A stretch of 64,000 bases of DNA, taken from assembly GCF_009914755.1 (NCBI RefSeq), contig NC_060947.1; one strand, 5' to 3'. Below are positions 40,901 through 53,600 of the stretch, piece after piece. The notes beneath the pieces were generated by a model, which worked only from the letters and a program-made list of their open reading frames with translations, was not told the DNA's origin and searched no databases. Within the stretch, counting starts at the first letter, position 1. Every line of letters begins with the position of its first letter. The DNA is from the human T2T-CHM13v2.0 reference genome, Homo sapiens. The translations under genes and the position numbers were made by a program.

Positions 40901-43900
40901 TCTTTCAAAAGGAAAGTTCAACTCTGGGAGTTGAATACAAACATCACAAAGTAGTTTCCGAGAATGCTTCTGTTTAGTTTTTATGTGAAGATGATCCCGT
41001 TTCCAGTGAAATCTTCAAAGAGGTCCACATATCCCCTTGCAGATTCCAAAGAAAGAGGGTTTCAAAACTGCTCCATCAGAAGGATTGTTCAACTCTGTGA
41101 GTTGAATGCAGTCATCGCAGAAAACTTTCTGAGAATGCTTCTGTCTAGGTTTGATGTGAAGATATAGACGTTTCAAACGAAGGCTACAAAGTGGTCAAAA
41201 TATACACTTGCAGATTCTACTACAAGGGTGTTGCAAACCTGAACTATCAAAGGAAGGTTCAACTCTGTGAGTTGAATACAAACATCACAAAGAATGTTCT
41301 GAGTTTGCTTCCGTTCAGTTATGGGAAGTTGATCCCGTTTCCAACGAAATCCTCAGAGAGGTCCAAATATCCCCTTGCAGATTCTACAAAACGTGTGTTT
41401 GGAAACTGCTCCGTCATAACGAATGTTCAGCTCCATGAGTTAAACTCCATCGTCACAAAGAATTTTCTGAGAGTGCTACCGTCTGGTTTTTATATGAAGT
41501 TCTTTCCTTCACTACCACAGGCCTCAAAGCGGTCCAAATCTCCACTTGCAGATTCTACAAAAAGAGTGTTTGCAAACTGCTCTATCAAAAGGAATGTTCA
41601 ACTCTGGGAGTTGAATGCAATCATCACAGAGCAGTTTCTGAGAATGCTTCTATGTCGTTTTTTGGAGAAGATATTTCCTTTTCCAACACAATCCTCCAAG
41701 CCCGCTAAATAGCCACTTGCACATTGTAGAAAAAGTGTGTCAAAGCTGCGCTATCAAAGGGAAAGTTCAACTCTGTGAGGTGAATGCAAACATCCCAAAG
41801 AAGTTTCTGAGAATGCTTCCGTTTAGCTTTTAGGTGAAGATTATCCCGTTTCCAACGAAACCTTCAAAGAGGTCCAAATATCCCCTTGCGGATCCCACAG
41901 AAAGAGTGTTTCGAAACTGCTGTTTCAAAAGGAATCTTCAACTCTGTGAGTTGAATGCAATCATCACAAAGAAGTTTCAGACAATGCTTCTCTCTCGTCT
42001 TTCTGTGAAGATAAAGGAAAAGGCTTTCAGGCCTTTTCCACCACAGGCCTGAAAGCGCTCCAAATGTCCACTTGCAGATTCTGCGAAAAGAATATTTCAA
42101 AACTGCTCTATGAAAAGCAATGGTAAACTCTGTGGCTCGAACACAAACATCACAAAGCAGTTTCTGAGAATGCTTCAGTTTAGTTTTTCTGTGGAAATAT
42201 TCCCGTTTCCAAAGAAATCTTCAAAGAGGTCCACGTATCCACTTACAGATTCTACAAAAAGACAGTTTCAAAACTGCTCCATCAAAAGGAGGGTTCAACT
42301 GTGTGACTTGAATGCAATCATCACTCAGAAGTTTCTGAGAATGCTTCTCTTTAGTTTTTACGTGAACATATACCCGTTTCGAACGAAGGCCACCCAGTGG
42401 TCCAAATATCCACTTGCAGATTATACAGAAAGAGTGTTTCGAACCTGAACTCTCAAAGGCAGGTTCATCTCTGCGAGTTAAATGCATTCATCATGAAGAA
42501 CTTTCTCAGAGTGTTTGTGTTTAGTTATGGGAAATTATTCCCGTTTCCAAAGAAATCCTCAGAGAGCTCCAAATATCCACCTGCAGATTCTACCAAAAGT
42601 GTATTTGGAAACTGCTCCATCAAAAGGCATGTTCAGCTCTGTGAGTGAAACTCCATCATCACAAAGAATATTCTGAGAATGCTTCCGTTTGCCTTTTATC
42701 TGAAGTTCCTTCCTATACGACCGTAGGCCTCAAAGCAGTCCAAATCTCCATTTGCAGATTCTACAAAAAGAGTGATTCCAATCTGCTCTATCAATAGGAT
42801 TGTTCAACTCCATGAGTTGAATGCCATCCTCACAAAGTCGTTTCTGAGAATGCTTCTATCTAGTTTTTATGTGAAGATATTTCCTTTTCCACCACAGGCC
42901 TCAAAGCCCTCCAAACGTCCACTTGCAGATTCTCGAAAAAGAGTGTTTCATAGCTGCTCTTTCAAAAGGAAAGTTCAACTCTGGGAGTTGAATACAAACA
43001 TCACAAAGTAGTTTCCGAGAATGCTTCTGTTTAGTTTTTATGTGAAGATGATCCCGTTTCCAGTGAAATCTTCAAAGAGGTCCACATATCCCCTTGCAGA
43101 TTCCAAAGAAAGAGGGTTTCAAAACTGCTCCATCAGAAGGATTGTTCAACTCTGTGAGTTGAATGCAGTCATCGCAGAAAACTTTCTGAGAATGCTTCTG
43201 TCTAGGTTTGATGTGAAGATATAGACGTTTCAAACGAAGGCTACAAAGTGGTCAAAATATACACTTGCAGATTCTACTACAAGGGTGTTGCAAACCTGAA
43301 CTATCAAAGGAAGGTTCAACTCTGTGAGTTGAATACAAACATCACAAAGAATGTTCTGAGTTTGCTTCCGTTCAGTTATGGGAAGCTGATCCCGTTTCCA
43401 ACGAAATCCTCAGAGAGGTCCAAATATCCCCTTGCAGATTCTACAAAACGTGTGTTTGGAAACTGCTCCATCATAACGAATGTTCAGCTCCCTGAGTTAA
43501 ACTCCATCGTCACAAAGAATTTTCTGAGAGTGCTACCGTCTGGTTTTTATATGAAGTTCTTTCCTTCACTACCACAGGCCTCAAAGCGGTCCAAATCTCC
43601 ACTTGCAGATTCTACAAAAAGAGTGTTTGCAAACTGCTCTATGAAAAGGAATGTTCAACTCTGGGAGTTGAATGCAATCATCACAGAGCAGTTTCTGAGA
43701 ATGCTTCTATGTCGTTTTTAGGAGAAGATATTTCCTTTTCCAACACAGTCCTCCAAGCCCGCTAAATAGCCACTTGCACATTGTAGAAAAAGTGTGTCAA
43801 AGCTGCGCTATCAAAGGGAAAGTTCAACTCTGTGAGGTGAATGCAAACATCCCAAAGAAGTTTCTGAGAATGCTTCCGTTTAGCTTTTAGGTGAAGATTA

Positions 43901-45246
43901 TCCCGTTTCCAACGAAACCTTCAAAGAGGTCCAAATATCCCCTTGCGGATCCCACAGAAAGAGTGTTTCAAAACTGCTGTTTCAAAAGGAATCTTCAACT
44001 CTGTGAGTTGAATGCAATCATCACAAAGAAGTTTCTGACAATGCTTCTCTCTCGTCTTTCTGTGAAGATAAAGGAAAAGGCTTTCAGGCCTTTTCCACCA
44101 CAGGCCTGAAAGCGCTCCAAATGTCCACTTGCAGATTCTGCGAAAAGAATATTTCAAAACTGCTCTATGAAAAGCAATGGTAAACTCTGTGGCTCGAACA
44201 CAAACATCACAAAGCGGTTTCTGAGAATGCTTCAGTTTAGTTTTTCTGTGGAAATATTCCCGTTTCCAAAGAAATCTTCAAAGAGGTCCACGTATCCACT
44301 TACAGATTCTACAAAAAGACAGTTTCAAAACTGCTCCATCAAAAGGAGGGTTCAACCGTGTGACTTGAATGCAATCATCACTCAGAAGTTTCTGAGAATG
44401 CTTCTCTTTAGTTTTTACGTGAACATATACCCGTTTCGAACGAAGGCCACCCAGTGGTCCAAATATCCACTTGCAGATTATACAGAAAGAGTGTTTCGAA
44501 CCTGAACTCTCAAAGGCAGGTTCATCTCTGCGAGTTAAATGCATTCATCATGAAGAACTTTCTCAGAGTGTTTGTGTTTAGTTATGGGAAATTATTCCCG
44601 TTTCCAACGAAATCCTCAGAGAGCTCCAAATATCCACCTGCAGATTCTACCAAAAGTGTATTTGGAAACTGCTCCATCAAAAGGCATGTTCAGCTCTGTG
44701 AGTGAAACTCCATCATCACAAAGAATATTCTGAGAATGCTTCCGTTTGCCTTTTATATGAAGTTCCTTCCTGTACTACCGTAGGCCTCAAAGCAGTCCAA
44801 ATCTCCATTTGCAGATTCTACAAAAAGAGTGATTCCAATCTGCTCTATCAATAGGATTGTTCAACTCCATGAGTTGAATGCCATCCTCACAAAGCAGTTT
44901 CTGAGAATGCTTCTATCTGGTTTTTGTGTGAAGATATTTCCTTTTCCACCACAGGCCTCAAAGCCCTCCAAACGTCCACTTGCAGTTTCTCGAAAAAGAG
45001 TGTTTCATAGCTACTCTTTCAAAAGGAAAGTTCAACTCTGGGAGTTGAATACAAACATCACAAAATAGTTTCCGAGAATGCTTCTGTTTAGTTTTTATGT
45101 GAAGATGATCCCGTTTCCAGTGAAATCTTCAAAGAGGTCCACATATCCCCTTGCAGATTCCAAAGAAAGAGGGTTTCAAAACTGCTCCATCAGAAGGATT
45201 GTTCAACTCTGTGAGTTGAATGCAGTCATCGCAGAAAACTTTCTGA

Positions 45247-47302
45247 GAATGCTTCTGTCTAGGTTTGATGTGAAGATATAGACGTTTCAAACGAAGGCTA
45301 CAAAGTGGTCAAAATATACACTTGCAGATTCTACTACAAGGGTGTTGCAAACCTGAACTATCAAAGGAAGGTTCAACTCTGTGAGTTGAATACAAACATC
45401 ACAAAGAATGTTCTGAGTTTGCTTCCGTTCAGTTATGGGAAGTTGATCCCGTTTCCAACGAAATCCTCAGAGAGGTCCAAATATCCCCTCACAGATTCTA
45501 CAAAACGTGTGTTTGGAAACTGCTCCATCATAACGAATGTTCAGCTCCCTGAGTTAAACTCCATCGTCACAAAGAATTTTCTGAGAGTGCTACCGTCTGG
45601 TTTTTATATGAAGTTCTTTCCTTCACTACCACAGGCCTCAAAGCGGTCCAAATCTCCACTTGCAGATTCTACAAAAAGAGTGTTTGCAAACTGCTCTATC
45701 AAAAGGAATGTTCAACTCTGGGAGTTGAATGCAATCATCACAGAGCAGTTTCTGAGAATGCTTCTATGTCGTTTTTAGGAGAAGATATTTCCTTTTCCAA
45801 CACAGTCCTCCAAGCCCGCTAAATAGCCACTTGCACATTGTAGAAAAAGTGTGTCAAAGCTGCGCTATCAAAGGGAAAGTTCAACTCTGTGAGGTGAATG
45901 CAAACATCCCAAAGAAGTTTCTGAGAATGCTTCCGTTTAGCTTTTAGGTGAAGATTATCCCGTTTCCAACGAAACCTTCAAAGAGGTCCAAATATCCCCT
46001 TGCGGATCCCACAGAAAGAGTGTTTCGAAACTGCTGTTTCAAAAGGAATCTTCAACTCTGTGAGTTGAATGCAATCATCACAAAGAAGTTTCTGACAATG
46101 CTTCTCTCTCGTCTTTCTGTGAAGATAAAGGAAAAGGCTTTCAGGCCTTTTCCACCACAGGCCTGAAAGCGCTCCAAATGTCCACTTGCAGATTCTGCGA
46201 AAAGAATATTTCAAAACTGCTCTATGAAAAGCAATGTTAAACTCTGTGGCTGGAACACAAACATCACAAAGCGGTTTCTGAGAATGTTTCAGTTTAGTTT
46301 TTCTGTGGAAATATTCCCGTTTCCAAAGAAATCTTCAAAGAGGTCCACGTATCCACTTACAGATTCTACAAAAAGACAGTTTCAAAACTGCTCCATCAAA
46401 AGGAGGGTTCAACTGTGTGACTTGAATGCAATCATCACTCAGAAGTTTCTGAGAATGCTTCTCTTTAGTTTTTACGTGAACATATACCCGTTTCGAACGA
46501 AGGCCACCCAGTGGTCCAAATATCCACTTGCAGATTCTACAGAAAGAGTGTTTCGAACCTGAACTCTCAAAGGCAGGTTCATCTCTGCAAGTTAAATGCA
46601 TTCATCATGAAGAACTTTCTCAGAGTGTTTGTGTTTAGTTATGGGAAATTATTCCCGTTTCCAACGAAATCCTCAGAGAGCTCCAAATATCCACCTGCTG
46701 ATTCTACCAAAAGTGTATTTGGAAACTGCTCCATCAAAAGGCATGTTCAGCTCTGTGAGTGAAACTCCATCATCACAAAGAATATTCTGAGAATGCTTCC
46801 GTTTGCCTTTTATATGAAGTTCCTTCCTATACGACCGTAGGCCTCAAAGCAGTCCAAATCTCCATTTGCAGATTCCACAAAAAGAGTGATTCCAATCTGC
46901 TCTATCAATAGGATTGTTCAACTCCATGAGTTGAATGCCATCCTCACAAAGTAGTTTCTGAGAATGCTTCTATCTAGTTTTATGTGAAGATATTTCCTTT
47001 TCCACCACAGGCCTCAAAGCCCTCCAAACGTCCACTTGCAGATTCTCGAAAAAGAGTGTTTCATAGCTGCTCTTTCAAAAGGAAAGTTCAACTCTGGGAG
47101 TTGAATACAAACATCACAAAGTAGTTTCCGAGAATGCTTCTGTTTAGTTTTTATGTGAAGATGATCCCGTTTCCAGTGAAATCTTCAAAGAGGTCCACAT
47201 ATCCCCTTGCAGATTCCAAAGAAAGAGGGTTTCAAAACTGCTCCATCAGAAGGATTGTTCAACTCTGTGAGTTGAATGCAGTCATCGCAGAAAACTTTCT
47301 GA
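45247..47302 (-). repeat. 2056 bp variant HOR (H23), 1 bp T-run contraction near 46978-46981
   Basis: ctagttttatg instead of ctagtttttatg; ORF spacing 47361-45305 = 2056. Confidence 0.85.
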
Positions 47303-50300
47303 GAATGCTTCTGTCTAGGTTTGATGTGAAGATATAGACGTTTCAAATGAAGGCTACAAAGTGGTGAAAATATACACTTGCAGATTCTACTACAAGGGTG
47401 TTGCAAACCTGAACTATCAAAGGAAGGTTCAACTCTGTGAGTTGAATACAAACATCACAAAGAATGTTCTGAGTTTGCTTCCGTTCAGTTATGGGAAGTT
47501 GATCCCGTTTCCAACGAAATCCTCAGAGAGGTCCAAATATCCCCTTGCAGATTCTACAAAACGTGTGTTTGGAAACTGCTCCATCATAACGAATGTTCAG
47601 CTCCCTGAGTTAAATTCCATCGTCACAAAGAATTTTCTGAGAGTGCTACCGTCTGGTTTTTATATGAAGTTCTTTCCTTCACTACCACAGGCCTCAAAGC
47701 GGTCCAAATCTCCACTTGCAGATTCTACAAAAAGAGTGTTTGCAAACTGCTCTATCAAAAGGAATGTTCAACTCTGGGAGTTGAATGCAATCATCACAGA
47801 GCAGTTTCTGAGAATGCTTCTATGTCGTTTTTAGGAGAAGATATTTCCTTTTCCAACACAGTCCTCCAAGCCCGCTAAATAGCCACTTGCACATTGTAGA
47901 AAAAGTGTGTCAAAGCTGCGCTATCAAAGGGAAAGTTCAACTCTGTGAGGTGAATGCAAACATCCCAAAGAAGTTTCTGAGAATGCTTCCGTTTAGCTTT
48001 TAGGTGAAGATTATCCCGTTTCCAACGAAACCTTCAAAGAGGTCCAAATATCCCCTTGCGGATCCCACAGAAAGAGTGTTTCGAAACTGCTGTTTCAAAA
48101 GGAATCTTCAACTCTGTGAGTTGAATGCAATCATCACAAAGAAGTTTCTGACAATGCTTCTCTCTCGTCTTTCTGTGAAGATAAAGGAAAAGGCTTTCAG
48201 GCCTTTGCCACCACAGGCCTGAAAGCGCTCCAAATGTCCACTTGCAGATTCTGCCAAAAGAATATTTCAAAACTGCTCTATGAAAAGCAATGTTAAACTC
48301 TGTGGCTGGAACACAAACATCACAAAGCGGTTTCTGATAATGTTTCAGTTTAGTTTTTCTGTGGAAATATTCCCGTTTCCAAAGAAATCTTCAAAGAGGT
48401 CCACGTATCCACTTACAGATTCTACAAAAAGACAGTTTCAAAACTGCTCCATCAAAAGGAGGGTTCAACTGTGTGACTTGAATGCAATCATCACTCAGAA
48501 GTTTCTGAGAATGCTTCTCTTTAGTTTTTACGTGAACATATACCCGTTTCGAACGAAGGCCACCCAGTGGTCCAAATATCCACTTGCAGATTCTACAGAA
48601 AGAGTGTTTCGAACCTGAACTCTCAAAGGCAGGTTCATCTCTGCGAGTTGAATGCATTCATCATGAAGAACTTTCTCAGAGTGTTTGTGTTTAGTTATGG
48701 GAAATTATTCCCGTTTCCAACGAAATCCTCAGAGAGCTCCAAATATCCACCTGCAGATTCTACCAAAAGTGTATTTGGAAACTGCTCCATCAAAAGGCAT
48801 GTTCAGCTCTGTGAGTGAAACTCCATCATCACAAAGAATATTCTGAGAATGCTTCCGTTTGCCTTTTATCTGAAGTTCCTTCCTATACGACCGTAGGCCT
48901 CAAAGCAGTCCAAATCTCCATTTGCAGATTCTACAAAAAGAGTGATTCCAATCTGCTCTATCAATAGGATTGTTCAACTCCATGAGTTGAATGCCATCCT
49001 CACAAAGCAGTTTCTGAGAATGCTTCTATCTAGTTTTTATGTGAAGATATTTCCTTTTCCACCACAGGCCTCCAAGCCCTCCAAACGTCCACTTGCAGAT
49101 TCTCGAAAAAGAGTGTTTCATAGCTGCTCTTTCAAAAGGAAAGTTCAACTCTGGGAGTTGAATACAAACATCACAAAGTAGTTTCCGAGAATGCTTCTGT
49201 TTAGTTTTTATGTGAAGATGATCCCGTTTCCAGTGAAATCTTCAAAGAGGTCCACATATCCCCTTGCAGATTCCAAAGAAAGAGGGTTTCAAAACTGCTC
49301 CATCAGAAGGATTGTTCAACTCTGTGAGTTGAATGCAGTCATCGCAGAAAACTTTCTGAGAATGCTTCTGTCTAGGTTTGATGTGAAGATATAGACGTTT
49401 CTAATGAAGGCTACAAAGTGGTCAAAATATACACTTGCAGATTCTACTACAAGGGTGTTGCAAACCTGAACTATCAAAGGAAGGTTCAACTCTGTGAGTT
49501 GAATACAAACATCACAAAGAATGTTCTGAGTTTGCTTCCGTTCAGTTATGGGAAGTTGATCCCGTTTCCAACGAAATCCTCAGAGAGGTCCAAATATCCC
49601 CTTGCAGATTCTACAAAACGTGTGTTTGGAAACTGCTCCATCATAACGAATGTTCAGCTCCCTGAGTTAAACTCCATCGTCACAAAGAATTTTCTGAGAG
49701 TGCTACCGTCTGGTTTTTATATGAAGTTCTTTCCTTCACTACCACAGGCCTCAAAGCGGTCCAAATCTCCACTTGCAGATTCTACAAAAAGAGTGTTTGC
49801 AAACTGCTCTATCAAAAGGAATGTTCAACTCTGGGAGTTGAATGCAATCATCACAGAGCAGTTTCTGAGAATGCTTCTATGTCGTTTTTAGGAGAAGATA
49901 TTTCCTTTTCCAACACAGTCCTCCAAGCCCGCTAAATAGCCACTTGCACATTGTAGAAAAAGTGTGTCAAAGCTGCGCTATCAAAGGGAAAGTTCAACTC
50001 TGTGAGGTGAATGCAAACATCCCAAAGAAGTTTCTGAGAATGCTTCCGTTTAGCTTTTAGGTGAAGATTATCCCGTTTCCAACGAAACCTTCAAAGAGGT
50101 CCAAATATCCCCTTGGGGATCCCACAGAAAGAGTGTTTCGAAACAGCTGTTTCAAAAGGAATCTTCAACTCTGTGAGTTGAATGCAATCATCACAAAGAA
50201 GTTTCTGACAATGCTTCTCTCTCGTCTTTCTGTGAAGATAAAGGAAAAGGCTTTCAGGCCTTTTCCACCACAGGCCTGAAAGCGCTCCAAATGTCCACTT

Positions 50301-50634
50301 GCAGATTCTGCGAAAAGAATATTTCAAAACTGCTCTATGAAAAGCAATGTTAAACTCTGTGGCTCGAACACAAACATCACAAAGCAGTTTCTGAGAATGC
50401 TTCAGTTTAGTTTTTCTGTGGAAATATTCCCGTTTCCAAAGAAATCTTCAAAGAGGTCCACGTATCCACTTACAGATTCTACAAAAAGACAGTTTCAAAA
50501 CTGCTCCATCAAAAGGAGGGTTCAACTGTGTGACTTGAATGCAATCATCACTCAGAAGTTTCTGAGAATGCTTCTCTTTAGTTTTTACGTGAACATATAC
50601 CCGTTTCGAACGAAGGCCACCCAGTGGTCCAAAT

Positions 50635-53600
50635 GTCCACTTGCAGATTCTACAGAAAGAGTGTTTCGAACCTGAACTCTCAAAGGCAGGTTCATCTCTG
50701 CGAGTTAAATGCATTCATCATGAAGAACTTTCTCAGCGTGTTTGTGTTTAGTTATGGGAAATTATTCCCGTTCCCAACGAAATCCTCAGAGAGGTCCAAA
50801 TGTCCACCTGCAGATTCTACCAAAAGTGTATTTGGAAACTGCTCCATCAACAGGCATGTTCAGCTCTGTGAGTGAAACTCCATCATCACAAAGAATATTC
50901 TGAGAATGCTTCCGTTTGCCTTTTATATGAAGTTCCTTCCTATACGACCGTAGGCCTCAAAGCAGTGCAAATCTCCATTTGCAGATTCTACAAAAAGAGT
51001 GATTCCAATCTGCTCTATCAATAGGATTGTTCAACTCCATGAGTTGAATGCCATCCTCACAAAGTCGTTTCTGAGAATGCTTCTATCTAGTTTTTATGTG
51101 AAGATATTTCCTTTTCCACCACAGGCCTCAAAGCCCTCCAAACGTCCACTTGCAGATTCTCGAAAAAGAGTGTTTCATAGCTGCTCTTTCAAAAGGAAAG
51201 TTCAACTCTGGGAGTTGAATACAAACATCACAAAGTAGTTTCCGAGAATGCTTCTGTTTAGTTTTTATGTGAAGATGATCCCGTTTCCAGTGAAATCTTC
51301 AAAGAGGTCCACATATCCCCTTGCAGATTCCAAAGAAAGAGGGTTTCAAAACTGCTCCATCAATAGGATTGTTCAACTCTGTGAGTTGAATGCAGTCATC
51401 GCAGAAAACTTTCTGAGAATGCTTCTGTCTAGGTCTGATGTGAAGATATAGACGTTTCAAACGAAGGCTACAAAGTGGTCAAAATATACACTTGCAGATA
51501 CTACTACAAGGGTGTTGCAAACCTGAACTATCAAAGGAAGGTTCAACTCTGTGAGTTGAATACAAACATCACAAAGAATGTTCTGAGTTTGCTTCCGTTC
51601 AGTTATGGGAAGTTGATCCCGTTTCCAACGAAATCCTCAGAGAGGTCCAAATATCCCCTTGCAGATTCTACAAAACGTGTTTTTGGAAACTGCTCCATCA
51701 TAACGAATGTTCAGCTCCCTGAGTTAAACTCCATCGTCACAAAGAATTTTCTGAGAGTGCTACCGTCTGGTTTTTATATGAAGCTCTTTCCTTTACTACC
51801 CCAGGCCTCAAAGCGGTCCAAATCTCCACTTGCAGATTCTACAAAAAGAGTGTTTGCAAACTGCTCTATCAAAAGGAATGTTCAACTCTGGGAGTTGAAT
51901 GCAATCATCACAGAGCAGTTTCTGAGAATGCTTCTATGTCGTTTTTAGGAGAAGATATTTCCTTTTCCAACACAGTCCTCCAAGCCCGCTAAATAGCCAC
52001 TTGCACATTGTAGAAAAAGTGTGTCAGAGCTGCGCTATCAAAGGGAAAGTTCAACTCTGAGAGGTGAATGCAAACATCCCAAAGAAGTTTCTGAGAGTGC
52101 TTCCGTTTAGCTTTTAGGTGAAGATTATCCCGTTTCCAACGAAACCTTCAAAGAAGTCCAAATATCCCCTTGCGGATCCCACAGAAAGAGTGTTTCGAAA
52201 CTGCTGTTTCAAAAGGAATCTTCAACTCTGTGAGTTGAATGCAATCATCACAAAGAAGTTTCTGACAATGCTTCTCTCTCGTCTTTCTGTGAAGATAAAT
52301 AAATGCTTTCAGGCCTTTGCCACCACAGGCCTGAAAGCGCTCCAAATGTCCACTTGCAGATTCTGCGAAAAGAATATTTCAAAACTGCTTTGTGAAAAGC
52401 AATGTTAAACTCTGTGGCTCGAACACAAACATCACAAAGCGGTTTCTGAGAATGCTTCAGTTTAGTTTTTCTGTGGAAATATTCCCGTTTCCAAAGAAAT
52501 CTTCAAAGAGGTCCACGTATCCACTTACAGATTCTACAAAAAGACAGTTTCAAAACTGCTCAATCAAAAGGAGGGTTCAACTGTGTGACTTGAATGCAAT
52601 CATCACTCAGAAGTTTCTGAGAATGCTTCTCTTTAGTTTTTACGTGAACATATACCCGTTTCGAACGAAGGCCACCCAGTGGTCCAAATATCCACTTGCA
52701 GATTCTACAGAAAGAGTGTTTCGAACCTGAACTCTCAAAGGCAGGTTCATCTCTGCGAGTTAAATGCATTCATCATGAAGAACTTTCTCAGAGTGTTTGT
52801 GTTTAGTTATGGGAAATTATTCCCGTTTCCAACGAAATCCTCAGAGAGCTCCAAATATCCACCTGCAGATTCTACCAAAAGTGTATTTGGAAACTGCTCC
52901 ATCAAAAGGCATGTTCAGCTCTGTGAGTGAAACTCCATCATCACAAAGAATATTCTGAGAATGCTTCCGTTTGCCTTTTATCTGAAGTTCCTTCCTATAC
53001 GACCGTAGGCCTCAAAGCAGTCCAAATCTCCATTTGCAGATTCTACAAAAAGAGTGATTCCAATCTGCTCTATCAATAGGATTGTTCAACTCCATGAGTT
53101 GAATGCCATCCTCACAAAGTCGTTTCTGAGAATGCTTCTGTCTAGTTTTTATGTGAAGATATTTCCTTTTCCACCACAGGCCTCAAAGCCCTCCAAACGT
53201 CCACTTGCAGATTCTCGAAAAGGAGTGTTTCATAGCTGCTCTTTCAAAAGGAAAGTTCAACTCTGGGAGTTGAATACAAACATCACAAAGTAGTTTCCGA
53301 GAATGCTTCTGTTTAGTTTTTATGTGAAGATGATCCCGTTTCCAGTGAAATCTTCAAAGAGGTCCACATATCCCCTTGCAGATTCCAAAGAAAGAGGGTT
53401 TCAAAACTGCTCCATCAGAAGGATTGTTCAACTCTGTGAGTTGAATGCAGTCATCGCAGAAAACTTTCTGAGAATGCTTCTGTCTAGGTTTGATGTGAAG
53501 ATATAGACGTTTCAAACGAAGGCTACAAAGTGGTCAAAATATACACTTGCAGATTCTACTACAAGGGTGTTGCAAACCTGAACTATCAAAGGAAGGTTCA

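Noticed and set aside
41191-41712. Extended 173 aa ORF in H21, and the 123 aa ORF at 37996
   Set aside because: Single substitutions remove a stop codon (tag>ttg; tga>cga) in one copy only. These are neutral satellite variants.
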